NCBI GenBank assembly: GCA_025340205.1
Contig: CP006868.1
Span: 240,001 to 272,000 of the forward strand
Origin: Ignicoccus pacificus DSM 13166
Lineage (GTDB): Archaea; Thermoproteota; Thermoprotei_A; Sulfolobales; Ignicoccaceae
Length of the DNA: 32,000 nt
Reading direction: 5' to 3'
Of this stretch, positions 9,374 to 19,325 are shown piece after piece (positions within the stretch are counted from its first letter, which is position 1; the number at the start of each line of letters is the position of its first letter). The notes under the pieces are model-generated. The model did not search any database, was not told the origin of the DNA, and saw nothing but the letters and a program-made list of their open reading frames with translations. The position numbers and the translations under genes were made by a program.

Positions 9374-11458
9374 CTACCCGAAAAAGCTCCTAAGCGTAAC
9401 TTCCTTCTTCCCTTGGATTTCCATCAATACTCTCTTAGCTACCTTAGGACCTAAGATGGAGGCCAACCTCCTCTCTCCTGCTTGAATCAAGTCATCCTTG
9501 CTCCTTATCCCGCTCTCCCACAGCTTCCTGGCCCTCGACCTTCCTATGTAGGGTATGGAAACCAGCTCTACTAGTTCCTCCCTAACCCCATACTTCATCC
9601 TGAGCTCGAGCTTGGCTAAGGACTCCGCGTGGATCTTCATTCCCTTAAACGAGGCGAGCTCAGAATAGGCGTGAACTAACCAAGCAGCGGTATCTGCGAA
9701 GACCCTCACGTCTCCAGGGTAAACCGAATACTTCTTAGCTATCTCATCTTCCGGAACCTCATCAGCCCAATCCTTCAATATCAAGGCAGTTTTCAAGGCG
9801 CTTAGGAACAGTTCCTCATCCTCGAACTCCTCTATGTTCATAGCTATTAGATCAACCTCAAGTTCTTGATAAACTTCATACAATCTTTTGAACTCGTTAC
9901 TTCTAAGAGACCTCTTAGGCATGTCAGGGGTTAGGGAGATCAAGTGGAGGTAGCCTAAAGCGCTTCCCTTACCCTTCCTCCTCTTCAAGTACTTTAGCAC
10001 AATCTTAACTCCCAACGGATCCACATAGACCAATGATATCTTCCTTCCGAACTCGGTTATTCTAGCTTCCTTGTCTAAAGCTCCTAACTTTACGAGGAAC
10101 CTCACAGCTCTGTCCATTTCCTCTAGGGCGTCCCTAGGGTTCCCCACTTGTTGAGCGTAAAGGGTATCCTCGATGAACTCCTTTAGCTCCTCGTAGTTCC
10201 TTGCGAACCCGCTAGCTAGGAGCCCCAAAACGGTTCTCCTTAGGGCTCGAGGGGAGACCAAGGAGCTTATCACGCTTTCCGGCTTACCCTTTACGTATCT
10301 TTCGAAGACCTCGTCCACGTCGTCCCTCGTCACTAGGACTGAGGTCCCGTGCTCATCTAAGCCGGGCCTTCCAGCCCTCCCGGCCATCTGCTTGTACTCC
10401 GCCACCTTAATCGGAACCCTACCGAACCTCTCGAAGCGGTAGTGGTCCTCTATTATGACGGTCCTGGCAGGAAGGTTGACTCCGGCCGCTAGGGTAGGAG
10501 TTGCGGCTAAGAACCTTATCGCTCCGGCCCTAAAGGCCTCCTCGACCACCTCCCTAGCCTCGTTCGTGAGACCGGCGTGGTGGAAGCCGGCACCTCTCCT
10601 AATCAGGGAGGCGAGCCTTTCTCCCAGCTCCCCCTCGACCTCTATCTTGGCCCTCTCCGCCCAGTACTCCCCCTTTTTGGTCACCGGAAGCCTTTCTGCC
10701 ACCCTCTTAGCAGCTCTCTCAGCGTTCCTCCTGGTTGTAGCAAAGTAGAGAACCTGACCTTTCTTCAAAAAGTGTAAGGCAGCGTCTATCGGTGCCGAAC
10801 CGGTTACCCTGGGTATCTCCTCCTCCGAGTCCTCGAACCATACCACGTATTCCCTGTTTTCCATTACCCCTTCCTTGAGGGGAACGGGTCTCCAGCTATC
10901 CGTAACTAACTCCGCTCCCAGCCAGTCCGCTATCTCCCCCAGGTTGCCTACGGTCGCCGAAAGCGCTATCATCTGGAAGCCCTTTCTCTTAAGCTGGGTT
11001 ACTATGGTCTCGAGCACTGGCCCTCTCTCCTCGTCTCCCACATAATGTACTTCATCGATCACTACGACTCCCACTTCCCTAAGCCAAGGGGAGGAGTGTC
11101 TTAGGAGGGAGTCCATTCTCTCATACGTCGCTACCAGCACTTCAGCATCTTCTACTTTAGGACTATGGTAATCACCAACGCTCGCCTCTACCTTGTAACC
11201 CTCAAACGCCTCCCTCAGACCCTTCACCTTTTCAAATGCCAAACTCCTAAGCGGAACTAGGTAAATCGCCTTCTTCCCCTCGAATAAAGCGTTCGCTATC
11301 GCCATTTCCGCCACTAGCGTCTTTCCCGATCCCGTGGGGGCCGATACGAGGAGTGACCTCCCCTCGAACAACCCCCTCTCAATCGCCTTCCTCTGTATCG
11401 GATAGAGCTCCTCTATTCCTCTGCTCCTCAGCCACTCCTCCACGTCCCTGGGAATCAA
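9374..11458 (-). CDS. hel308: Hel308/Ski2-like DNA helicase
   Basis: 694 aa; LLVSAPTGSGKTLVAEMAI, VVIDEVHYVGDEERGPVLE, IALSATVGN, ATPTLAAGVNLPARTVII, QMAGRAGRPG, and a C-terminal HhH (IPYIGRSRARKLWESGI). Confidence 0.93.
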   Translation of the reverse strand: MIPRDVEEWLRSRGIEELYPIQRKAIERGLFEGRSLLVSAPTGSGKTLVAEMAIANALFEGKKAIYLVPLRSLAFEKVKGLREAFEGYKVEASVGDYHSPKVEDAEVLVATYERMDSLLRHSSPWLREVGVVVIDEVHYVGDEERGPVLETIVTQLKRKGFQMIALSATVGNLGEIADWLGAELVTDSWRPVPLKEGVMENREYVVWFEDSEEEIPRVTGSAPIDAALHFLKKGQVLYFATTRRNAERAAKRVAERLPVTKKGEYWAERAKIEVEGELGERLASLIRRGAGFHHAGLTNEAREVVEEAFRAGAIRFLAATPTLAAGVNLPARTVIIEDHYRFERFGRVPIKVAEYKQMAGRAGRPGLDEHGTSVLVTRDDVDEVFERYVKGKPESVISSLVSPRALRRTVLGLLASGFARNYEELKEFIEDTLYAQQVGNPRDALEEMDRAVRFLVKLGALDKEARITEFGRKISLVYVDPLGVKIVLKYLKRRKGKGSALGYLHLISLTPDMPKRSLRSNEFKRLYEVYQELEVDLIAMNIEEFEDEELFLSALKTALILKDWADEVPEDEIAKKYSVYPGDVRVFADTAAWLVHAYSELASFKGMKIHAESLAKLELRMKYGVREELVELVSIPYIGRSRARKLWESGIRSKDDLIQAGERRLASILGPKVAKRVLMEIQGKKEVTLRSFFG

Positions 11459-11544
11459 ACCTCCTTGACCGCTTCACCGAGACAGGTATCCTATTAGAAC
11501 AGAGCCCCTTTTGACCTCCTTTCGGAAAGCCTTACTGAAGAAAG

Positions 11545-12576
11545 ATGGAAGACAAGCTCCGTAGACTCTTCGAAAGGGCGAGCGTCACCAAGGGAGGAGG
11601 GATACTTCTCGGGAGGAGCGTCGTCGCCGACGGCTTCTGGCCTAGGAGGAAGGCGAGGATAGTAACCCATGCTCACTCCGACCATACCATTGACATAAGC
11701 AAGAGCATGAGCGCTCAAGGCTACATAGCTGCAACTCCCGTAACGTTTACTATGATGAAGTACTTGGGTCACAGCGTTCCTAGGGCGAAGAGGAAGGAGG
11801 TAGAGCCGGGCAGCTGCTTCAAAATAGATGACGAGAGGATATGCTTCATTCGAGCCGAGCACATTCCCGGATCCGTCCAAGTTCTTGTAGAGAACGAGAA
11901 CGGCTTCAGAGTGCTCTACACTGGAGATTTCAAGAACCCGGGCTCGGGAACTCCAATAGTAGAGGACCTAGACGTGCTAATCGTAGATGCCACCTATGGC
12001 GATCCGAGGTACGTGAGACCAAGCGAGGCCGAGGTGGAGGAGGCCCTTGTGGACATTATAGAACAGGCTTTGTCGAGAGGCGAGCCGGTGAAGATCTACG
12101 CCTATTATGGGAAGATCCAAGAGGTCATGCAACTCCTAAGGAGGTATGGGATAGACGTACCTTTCTTGGCTTCCGGCAAGATCTTTTGGATGAGTAAGGC
12201 ATTGGAGGCTCACGGTTACTGCTTCGGGGACCTCTACAACTTGAGCTCTCAGGAAGGGAAGGAGATCTTGAAAGGCGACCACATTCATTTCGTCCACTTC
12301 AACAGATTTTCGAAGGATAGAGACGGCAACTACGTGAGGATAAAGCTGGATGGATGGTTGGCCAACAAGGCCTTCCAGAAGATAGGCAGGAAGGACTGGA
12401 TAGTCGCTTTCAGCGATCATGCTGATTACAACGGTACTATGAGATATGTTATGGAAAGTAAGGCGAAGATAGTGATAGTTGATGGCTATAGATCCAGCTT
12501 CGCGAAGGCCTTTGCCTCAAAATTGAGAGTTAGGGGAGTTCACGCGTTTGCCATGCCTACTTTATTAGGATTGTGA
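11545..12576 (+). CDS. Metallo-beta-lactamase-fold exonuclease / mRNA 3'-end processing-like protein (Artemis/SNM1-like)
   Basis: VTHAHSDHTIDISK, HIPGSVQVLVENENGFRVLYTGDFKNPGSG, LIVDATYGDPRYVRPSEAEV and FSDHADYNGTMRYV. Confidence 0.82.
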   Translation: MEDKLRRLFERASVTKGGGILLGRSVVADGFWPRRKARIVTHAHSDHTIDISKSMSAQGYIAATPVTFTMMKYLGHSVPRAKRKEVEPGSCFKIDDERICFIRAEHIPGSVQVLVENENGFRVLYTGDFKNPGSGTPIVEDLDVLIVDATYGDPRYVRPSEAEVEEALVDIIEQALSRGEPVKIYAYYGKIQEVMQLLRRYGIDVPFLASGKIFWMSKALEAHGYCFGDLYNLSSQEGKEILKGDHIHFVHFNRFSKDRDGNYVRIKLDGWLANKAFQKIGRKDWIVAFSDHADYNGTMRYVMESKAKIVIVDGYRSSFAKAFASKLRVRGVHAFAMPTLLGL

Positions 12577-13645
12577 CCAAGGTCAAGGCTTGGGCGGAGA
12601 GAACGTCGTTCAAGCTTGACAGTACCGGAATAGTTATGAGGTCTGGATCCCAGCCTCTCTTGAAGCTTTCCGAGGTAACTAGGATGGAAAGTATCGGCGT
12701 AACTATCCTTAGTATCAGCGTAGCTGTGAGAGCCCATATCAGAGGCTTGAAGGAGTAATGCAAGAAGAACAAAGAAGAACCTAATACCAAGGTAAGGGCA
12801 CTTACTACGGTGAAGGTTATTCTGCCCCAAATCACGTATACCTTCTTGCTTCTGAACATCTTATCGTACTCGACCTCACCTAAGCTTAGCGCCGTTCCCA
12901 GCCAAGAGGTGAAGTTCATCGAGGCGGATCCGTTTAAGGCCATAGTTATGGGAGCTATGAAGAGCAGAGCTGGGTTGCTCTGAGCGTTTCCGGCTACTAG
13001 GATGAATCCGGCTACGGTGGATATGGTGGACGCTATCAAGGTAGAGGCCATGAACTCCTTGTAACTCTTCAGATCCTTCGCTCTCACGTACTTTATGCTC
13101 GTAAGGGTGACGTAGAGCATCATCAATATAGGAATTATAGCTACAGGGTTGAACGTTATGAGCAATGAGGCAGCGCTCGTTATGTCGGCTATTATAGTTG
13201 TTAAGGAAACTACTACCAAGTCCACGTTAAGACCTTTTATGAAGGCTAAGTAGCAAGCGTAGGCGCTGAAGGGTACCAGAACGGTAAGCGTGATGCCTCT
13301 GGAAACCAAGAAGTAGAGGAGGGAACCCAAGGGATTGCCTACGATGGAGGTAAGAGCTATTACGTACAACCCCCCAATTATCCCCAATATGACAGCCACG
13401 TGAGTTACCTTGGAGTTGAGGAGCTCCTTAGCGCTCGACGCCTCACCCGTATAGAGCATGGTGGAATACTTAGCGGCTAAGGAGCCGTAAACTGCGCCTC
13501 TGTCCTCCGCTAGGCCGGGAAGGGCGGCTAGGATGCTGGGATGGGAGCTGAGGATGGGGGAGGCTAGCGCCCATAAGTAGCCGGACACTATCTCCCCGTA
13601 TCCTTGAATGATCATGCTCAAGAGCTCTACTAGTAGATTTCTCAC
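12557..13645 (-). CDS. Polytopic membrane protein resembling MgtE/SLC41 divalent cation transporters
   Basis: ILAALPGLAEDRGAVYGSLAAKYSTMLYTG and RGWDPDLITIPVLSSLNDVLS resemble the duplicated MgtE membrane domain (PGLxxxRGNxxGSLxxRLST; DPDNITxPLxxSLxD). Confidence 0.6.
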   Translation of the reverse strand: MRNLLVELLSMIIQGYGEIVSGYLWALASPILSSHPSILAALPGLAEDRGAVYGSLAAKYSTMLYTGEASSAKELLNSKVTHVAVILGIIGGLYVIALTSIVGNPLGSLLYFLVSRGITLTVLVPFSAYACYLAFIKGLNVDLVVVSLTTIIADITSAASLLITFNPVAIIPILMMLYVTLTSIKYVRAKDLKSYKEFMASTLIASTISTVAGFILVAGNAQSNPALLFIAPITMALNGSASMNFTSWLGTALSLGEVEYDKMFRSKKVYVIWGRITFTVVSALTLVLGSSLFFLHYSFKPLIWALTATLILRIVTPILSILVTSESFKRGWDPDLITIPVLSSLNDVLSAQALTLVTILIK

Positions 13646-13703
13646 TGTCCCCTAGGACGGGGAGGCTTGGGCTTAGGATAAAGCTTTCTCTCTTCAAAAA
13701 ACA

Positions 13704-14045
13704 TTAAGATATCTGCTTGTAATAATCCCTTATCTTTATGTTCTTCTCGACAGGTAGCACTATGATCCTTCCGTCTCCGGGCTCTCCGGTGTAAGCTCCC
13801 TTGGTTATCGCCTTTATCGCGTCCTCCACCTTGTCGTCGTCCAGTACTAACTCTAACTGGATCTTGGGGAGGAGATCTATCCTGACCGGCAGACCTCTGT
13901 ACCTTATTTCTATTCCCTTTTGGCTGCCTCTTCCCTTTACCTCGACCACGGTCATTGGGTATATTCCAACCTTCTCGAGTTCAGCTTTTACGTCATCCAG
14001 CTTTTCAGGCCTTATGAATGCAATTACCATCTTCATATTCCTCAC
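13704..14045 (-). CDS. glnK: Nitrogen regulatory protein P-II
   Basis: MVIAFIRPEKLDDVKAELEKVGIYPMTVVEVKGRGSQKG...GEPGDGRIIVLPVEKNIKIR; adjacent to an ammonium transporter. Confidence 0.92.
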   Translation of the reverse strand: MRNMKMVIAFIRPEKLDDVKAELEKVGIYPMTVVEVKGRGSQKGIEIRYRGLPVRIDLLPKIQLELVLDDDKVEDAIKAITKGAYTGEPGDGRIIVLPVEKNIKIRDYYKQIS

Positions 14046-14049
14046 CCCC

Positions 14050-15315
14050 TTACATCACATAGGCCTCCTCGTTGAGCTCAGGTAGGTCTAGGCCTACCTT
14101 CTCCACTTGCTCGGGCACCCTCCAGCCTATTACCGCATCGACGAACTTCGCTATTATGAGCGTCATTACCATAGCATACACTATGGAAGCCACGCTTCCC
14201 ACTATCTGGGGTACTAGCTGCCACGGGTTGCCGAAGAGCAGACCGGCCTTTCCGGCAACTACCGGGTTGGCGAATATTCCAGTAGCTATTGATCCCCATA
14301 GACCGCTCATTCCGTGGACCGCCCAAGCGTCTAGGGTCTCGTCCCATCCCTTCTTCACTCTGAAGTTAACCATGTAGTAGCTGAATATTCCGGCGATCGC
14401 TCCGATTACCATTGCGGATATCGGGTCGACGTAGCCAGCAGCCGGGGTAATCGCTACCAGTCCGGCCACCACTCCGGAGGCGAAGGCGACGGAGCTGAAC
14501 CTACCTCCGCTATCCCTAGCGGCTATGAACATCCAAGCGAGTCCTCCAGCGGCGCTGGCAGCGGCGGTAGCTAACCAAGCGTTGGCGGCATCTATGTTAG
14601 CGGCTACGGCGCTTCCGGCGTTGAAGCCGAGCCAACCGAACCAGAGTATTCCGGTTCCCAGTAGCACCAAAGGTATGTTGTGAGGCAGAGGCTCTACACC
14701 CTTACAGAACTTCCTCTTGCCTATTACGAAGCTCAGCGCCAGAGCAGAGAATCCGCTGGCTATGTGGACTACCATTCCTCCTGCGAAGTCCAGAGCTCCC
14801 AGGGAGGCCAGCCAACCACCTCCCCAGACCCAGTGGGCTATTACGCTGTAGACCAATAGCACCCATAGAGCAGAGAAGAGCATCCAAGCGTCTATCCTCC
14901 CCCTCTCAGCTATAGTAGAGGCGATTATCGCGGTAGCTATGGCGGCGAACACTCCTTGGAAGCCCACGTATATCAAGCTGGGAACGTGAGTACCGGGCCA
15001 CACCTTTGGCAAGAGGGTCGGATAAGCGCCGAAGTACTGGAAGGGGTTGCCTACGAAGCCGGCTATGCTGGCCCCAAAGGCCTCACTGAAGCCCAAGAGT
15101 ATCCATAGGATCAAGGCTACGGCGAAGGCACTGAGGACGTGTAGGGCGGTGCTCAATACGTTCTTGGACCTCACCAGTCCTCCGTAGAAGAGCGCCAGTC
15201 CGGGAGCGGTCATGAACAGCACCATTGATGAGGCAGAGAGTAGCCAAGCTGTATCTCCAGGGTTCACGACTGCCCCGCTCACTTTGTTCACCAAACACCC
15301 AGAAAATCTGAACAA
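14050..15315 (-). CDS. amt: Ammonium transporter (start codon uncertain; GTG at 15267 is an alternative)
   Basis: NPGDTAWLLSASSMVLFMTAPGLALFYGGLVRSKNVLS; DFAGGMVVHIASGFSAL; DAWAVHGMSGLWGSIATGIFA. Confidence 0.93.
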   Translation of the reverse strand: MFRFSGCLVNKVSGAVVNPGDTAWLLSASSMVLFMTAPGLALFYGGLVRSKNVLSTALHVLSAFAVALILWILLGFSEAFGASIAGFVGNPFQYFGAYPTLLPKVWPGTHVPSLIYVGFQGVFAAIATAIIASTIAERGRIDAWMLFSALWVLLVYSVIAHWVWGGGWLASLGALDFAGGMVVHIASGFSALALSFVIGKRKFCKGVEPLPHNIPLVLLGTGILWFGWLGFNAGSAVAANIDAANAWLATAAASAAGGLAWMFIAARDSGGRFSSVAFASGVVAGLVAITPAAGYVDPISAMVIGAIAGIFSYYMVNFRVKKGWDETLDAWAVHGMSGLWGSIATGIFANPVVAGKAGLLFGNPWQLVPQIVGSVASIVYAMVMTLIIAKFVDAVIGWRVPEQVEKVGLDLPELNEEAYVM

Positions 15316-15414
15316 TGTATTGAACTTTCCCCGCGTCTACAGAGACAATGATTAGAAATGATGGAGGTTAGATGAACAATGTATGCACAATTAAAAGAGG
15401 CTTGAACCGAGTGG

Positions 15415-15651
15415 TTACGCGGTCCTCATTTCCTTCTTTGAGACTTGCTGGGCGAACCTCTCTTGCAGCACAAAAGCCGGACAAGCTCTCGACTCAGGGT
15501 GGATAGTGACTGTGTGGTACTTGCAGTACATGAGCTCTATGTACTTACAGTACTTGCATTTCCTTAGGTAGAGGGGGACCCTTCCCTTCTTCTCCTTCTT
15601 GGCAAAGGATTTCTCTAGGGACTCCTTTAGCTTGCTGAAGTCGAGCTTCAC
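15415..15651 (-). CDS. Small conserved-looking Cys-rich protein of unknown function
   Basis: 78 aa; CKYCKYIELMYCKYHTVTIHPESRACPAF. Its 5' end overlaps the stop region of the next gene (15648), suggesting an operon. Confidence 0.6.
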   Translation of the reverse strand: MKLDFSKLKESLEKSFAKKEKKGRVPLYLRKCKYCKYIELMYCKYHTVTIHPESRACPAFVLQERFAQQVSKKEMRTA

Positions 15652-16328
15652 TTGCCCTCCTCACCCCCTAGCTCCAGTAAGGTGTCTACCGCCTCTTTAG
15701 CGGATTGTAGGAGGAGGTCGTAGTACTTACTGGACTTCTCGTGCACAGTACTCCTCTCCACGCCTTTGGCCAAGTTGGCGTCGACTATATCAACGACCAA
15801 GCATCTCATCTTTCCTCTGCAGATACCGTATACGTGGGCGGAAGACCTATCGATCAAGTCTATCTCCATGCTTCTTAAGGTATTCAGGGAGAGAGTTATC
15901 TCTGCTAGAGGGAAGTAAGTAGTGGCTGCGAAGGCCTCCGAGGAAGTGGAGAGGAGTTCTATTGCCTTCTTGTACATCTCGTAGTCGGCAACAGTGGGGG
16001 GCTTTGGACCCAAGCGGACCTCGGGGTAAAAGGTCGAGGCGTAAACGGGTAAGGCTGTTCCCACGGTAAGCCTGCTTACGATGGAAGCGGCTGTGTCTAT
16101 AACAACTGCCTTCCTCACGCCTCTAGCCTTCAGAAAATATAACATTTCGAGGAGGTAAGGACCGCTGTAGGTCTTTACCACTAGGTTATCTTGGTACTGA
16201 ACGAGTTCTCCGTAGGGGGAGGAGCAGATCTCCTCGCCGTCGACGACGCTGTGGAGATGAGGATCGGCGATTATGACAGAGAACCTCCACTTCAAACCTT
16301 CGCACTCCGCTATCATCCTGGGGATCAC
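15648..16328 (-). CDS. Divergent nucleoside phosphorylase (PNP/UDP superfamily)-like protein
   Basis: FLKARGVRKAVVIDTAASIVSRLTVGTALPVY resembles the phosphorylase L-GA...IGTAGSL...VGDVV motif, and LRSMEIDLIDRSSAHVYGICRGKMRCLVVDIV resembles the C-terminal VDMExAAxxxxAxxRG motif. Weak similarity judged by eye. Confidence 0.45.
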   Translation of the reverse strand: MIPRMIAECEGLKWRFSVIIADPHLHSVVDGEEICSSPYGELVQYQDNLVVKTYSGPYLLEMLYFLKARGVRKAVVIDTAASIVSRLTVGTALPVYASTFYPEVRLGPKPPTVADYEMYKKAIELLSTSSEAFAATTYFPLAEITLSLNTLRSMEIDLIDRSSAHVYGICRGKMRCLVVDIVDANLAKGVERSTVHEKSSKYYDLLLQSAKEAVDTLLELGGEEGK

Positions 16329-16405
16329 CTTCTACCGTGATCGAAGAACTGGGGGTAGTAGGGATATAAGGAGTTACGGGGCATGAGCTAGCGAAGGGAT
16401 CCACC

Positions 16406-16807
16406 ATGCTGTCCAACAGAGAGCTTCTGAGGTTCAAGGCCCAAGAGAACACCGACAACGTCAAGGTCTACGGCAAGCACGTCTACGGCAACTTGTACAA
16501 CTGCAACCCCAAGAAGCTCAGCGACCCGGAGTACCTTAAGAAGGTAGTGATAGAGGCGGCGAAGATAGGAAACATGACTCTGCTGGACGTCAAGGCTTGG
16601 AAGATAGGAGAGGGAGTTAGCGTGGTGGGGATAGTTCTGGAGAGTCACATTACCATTCACACTTGGCCTGAGTTCAGCTTCGCCACGGTAGACGTCTACT
16701 CTTGTGGGGCGCACACCGATCCAGAGAAGGCCTTCGAGTACATAGTGAAGGCGCTGGAGGCTAAGAAGGTAGTGAGGGGCGGAGTGGACCGCTCCATGTA
16801 CGTATAG
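16406..16807 (+). CDS. speD: Pyruvoyl-dependent S-adenosylmethionine/arginine decarboxylase proenzyme family
   Basis: [13 protein letters not shown]...[29 protein letters not shown]; ESH is the expected Ser processing site. The family includes both AdoMetDC and crenarchaeal ArgDC. Confidence 0.85.
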   Translation: MLSNRELLRFKAQENTDNVKVYGKHVYGNLYNCNPKKLSDPEYLKKVVIEAAKIGNMTLLDVKAWKIGEGVSVVGIVLESHITIHTWPEFSFATVDVYSCGAHTDPEKAFEYIVKALEAKKVVRGGVDRSMYV

Positions 16808-16826
16808 GGCCCTTCAAAAGATGTTT

Positions 16827-17579
16827 TTATATGGCCTGTGGGGCCAACAAGTACTCAACCACTCCTCCTGCCACTATGTTGAACTTGAGGTAAAGCGGGG
16901 CATCGCTACTAAACCTTATCTCTACCGTATCAGAGACCTTGGTTAGACTCAGTATGTTCTTGAGGAACGTCAAGTCATAGACGCCCTTGGAAGGCTCGTC
17001 GACCTCCAGCTCTATTAGGGCTGTAGAAGCCCTGGTCAGTTTGGTAGTAGCTCCCTCAGCTCCAGCTCCTACAGCTTTGATGAGCAAGGTATCCGTATCC
17101 GGTGCTTCGAACTCCACGGAGTCGCCGATCGCCTCCGCGTCCCTTATTGCGTTGTTGAGGACCTGAGCCAAGATGCTTGCCCTTACCTTGAAGTCTAAGG
17201 ACTCCACATCAGGTACCTCTGGCTCGGGAACGTCCAAGTTTGTTATAGAATACCTCTTGATGAGGTTGCCCTTGAGAACTATCTTCAACCTAGCTCCTTC
17301 CTCCTCCGTTCCCATCTCGAGCTGGTATCCCTTCTTTGCTCTCTTTAGGAACTTCATTATGTTGGCTATATTGAAGCCTAAGCTTTCGGTTCCCTCGACC
17401 TCATATTCGAGGAATACGTCCTTGTCTAGGGTGACCACTATCAAGGCCACTTGAGCAGGATCCATGGCCTTCATCGTAACCTTGTCTTGGTCAGCTATGA
17501 GTGCTATTTCGTTAACTATCTTTCCTAAGGCCTCCACTATGCTTTGGAAGACCTTCGTCTCAGGGTAGACGAGTCTCAA
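16827..17579 (-). CDS. pcn: DNA polymerase sliding clamp (PCNA)
   Basis: 250 aa; VTMKAMDPAQVALIVVTLDKDVFLEYEVEGTESLGFNIANIMKFLKRAKKG; C-terminal APLYLKFNIVAGGVVEYLLAPQ. Confidence 0.93.
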   Translation of the reverse strand: MRLVYPETKVFQSIVEALGKIVNEIALIADQDKVTMKAMDPAQVALIVVTLDKDVFLEYEVEGTESLGFNIANIMKFLKRAKKGYQLEMGTEEEGARLKIVLKGNLIKRYSITNLDVPEPEVPDVESLDFKVRASILAQVLNNAIRDAEAIGDSVEFEAPDTDTLLIKAVGAGAEGATTKLTRASTALIELEVDEPSKGVYDLTFLKNILSLTKVSDTVEIRFSSDAPLYLKFNIVAGGVVEYLLAPQAI

Positions 17580-17597
17580 ACTTCTTCTCCCCGGAAG

Positions 17598-17759
17598 CTA
17601 GTGGGTCATCTCGTATCTTAGCTTGTTTCCGTCGAACGTTATCTTGAGAGATCCGTTCTCTCCCTTTATAATTATTTCCTTCGCCTTCAAGTTTAACGAC
17701 TTGTCCAAAGTTTCTACCATGGCTCCGAGAAGGGTGACCGTCTTGTCGAGCTTGTTCAT
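17598..17759 (-). CDS. Short putative protein (53 aa) upstream of PCNA
   Basis: Read manually below the ORF-track cutoff: MNKLDKTVTLLGAMVETLDKSLNLKAKEIIIKGENGSLKITFDGNKLRYEMTH*. Same strand as pcn, with ~18 bp between them. Confidence 0.5.
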   Translation of the reverse strand: MNKLDKTVTLLGAMVETLDKSLNLKAKEIIIKGENGSLKITFDGNKLRYEMTH

Positions 17760-18470
17760 GATAGCCCTTTGAGGGGATAGAGGGGAAGGGTAGTATTTAA
17801 GGGAGGGAACGCCGACATCCAGTTATTGATTTTTCGACATAGTACTCACGATCAACGCTCATAAGATGTTGATTATTTCCTCATTTTTAAGATAAAGATG
17901 AGTTTTTGTAGATCGAAGTTTTCTAATTGAAAATTATCTATAAACAGAGCAGATTAATCAAAACAAACTTGCCATTCCCTATTGAGACTTCTTCTGTTGC
18001 CCTTCCAAGTCTTCAGTTCCATCCTCTCTTAACATCGCTTTCTCCCTTCAATTGATCTCAAACTTCCTTTTCCACACTTCTGGGAGAAACCGCTCATATC
18101 CTTGTCCGCTCTCATGAATACAAAGATAGAAGCATCAAAGGGCAAGTCTAAGATCAGTCATTATGTGACAATTGAAAGGTATGAGATGGAACGTTGTGTG
18201 TTCCCATAGGTGCGAAATTAGTGCTGTCCGCTTCCAGATCCTCCTATGTAGTTATTCCCTCTCTCACTTCTCATTTTGGTTTCAAAGGCTTCAAGTTTGG
18301 TAGAAAAACGCTTCATAAGAACTACGTGCAGCCTTCCTCCTTTTGATGCATAAATGGGTTCTTATGGGGAAGATCTGGAGAAAACCATTCGATTCACTAC
18401 ATGGTTAGAAGTAGCGGTTTCTAAAACAACACTTTTCACCAATTGGTGAATAGTAGAACAAGGGGATTCT

Positions 18471-19325
18471 TTGAAGCTTCGGCCGCTTTGGACCTTAAAG
18501 CTGAAGAACAAGGTAGAGAGCATAGCATTCTCAGATAAGGGTACTCTTGGCATAACCTCCGACAGATGTGCTTTTATTGTAAATGAGAAGGGGGAGCTTA
18601 TCTCGAGGATCTGCGGAAAGGCCGAAATGTTCGGTGCCTCCTTCAACAAGCTCTTCGGATTCATGAACGTCGACGATTACGCCTATTTGGTCCTCCCGGA
18701 GGGCAAGCTCGAAAAGAGGATATTCGCTGGAGAGCAATGTAACGAATCCATAACCATGCTGGAGGACTCCTTCATAGCTTGCCGGTACAAGTGCGCCTTG
18801 ATAGATCTTCACGGTCAGAAGAGATGGGTTACAGAGGTAGGTCACGTTCCCAGCGGACCGGCTGTCAAGGAAGGAGTAGTTTATGCTCCCGATGAAGAGA
18901 AGCTCTCATTGCTGCTCATGAAACTCAATAACGGAGAAATAATCAAGGAAATAGATCTGGGAGAGGAGGCCTATGACGCAAAGGTCTGTGGGGACAAGCT
19001 CGTGGTCGGAACGGCTTCTACGGTGAGGATATTCGACGTAAGCGACCCTCTAAACCCTAAGCCGATAAAGAGGATAGAGGGCTTCTTGGGAGCTTGGTCG
19101 GTTGCGTTCCCTTCAAGTTGCGATAAAATAGCGGTAGCCGACTTCTCCAACTTTACCTTGAAGGTGTTCGATCTAAACGGTAACTTACTGTGGAAGAAGG
19201 TGTATGAGATCATAGGATCTGAAGAGATAGAGGGCATAGAGGTCCATTCGGTCGCTTGGAAGGATGATAGAATAGCGGTGGGCCTTAGGGACGGAACGGT
19301 TTACTTGTATGAGGTCTCAGAGTAG
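18471..19325 (+). CDS. Beta-propeller (WD40/PQQ-like) repeat protein, shorter paralogue
   Basis: TTG start; repeated blades such as DEEKLSLLLMKLNNGEIIKEID and VAWKDDRIAVGLRDGTVYLYEV; shares block-by-block similarity with the ORF at 22327. Confidence 0.6.
   Translation: MKLRPLWTLKLKNKVESIAFSDKGTLGITSDRCAFIVNEKGELISRICGKAEMFGASFNKLFGFMNVDDYAYLVLPEGKLEKRIFAGEQCNESITMLEDSFIACRYKCALIDLHGQKRWVTEVGHVPSGPAVKEGVVYAPDEEKLSLLLMKLNNGEIIKEIDLGEEAYDAKVCGDKLVVGTASTVRIFDVSDPLNPKPIKRIEGFLGAWSVAFPSSCDKIAVADFSNFTLKVFDLNGNLLWKKVYEIIGSEEIEGIEVHSVAWKDDRIAVGLRDGTVYLYEVSE

Noticed and set aside
11494-11880. 128 aa minus-strand ORF
   Set aside because: Antisense to the well-supported MBL-fold exonuclease gene at 11545..12576.
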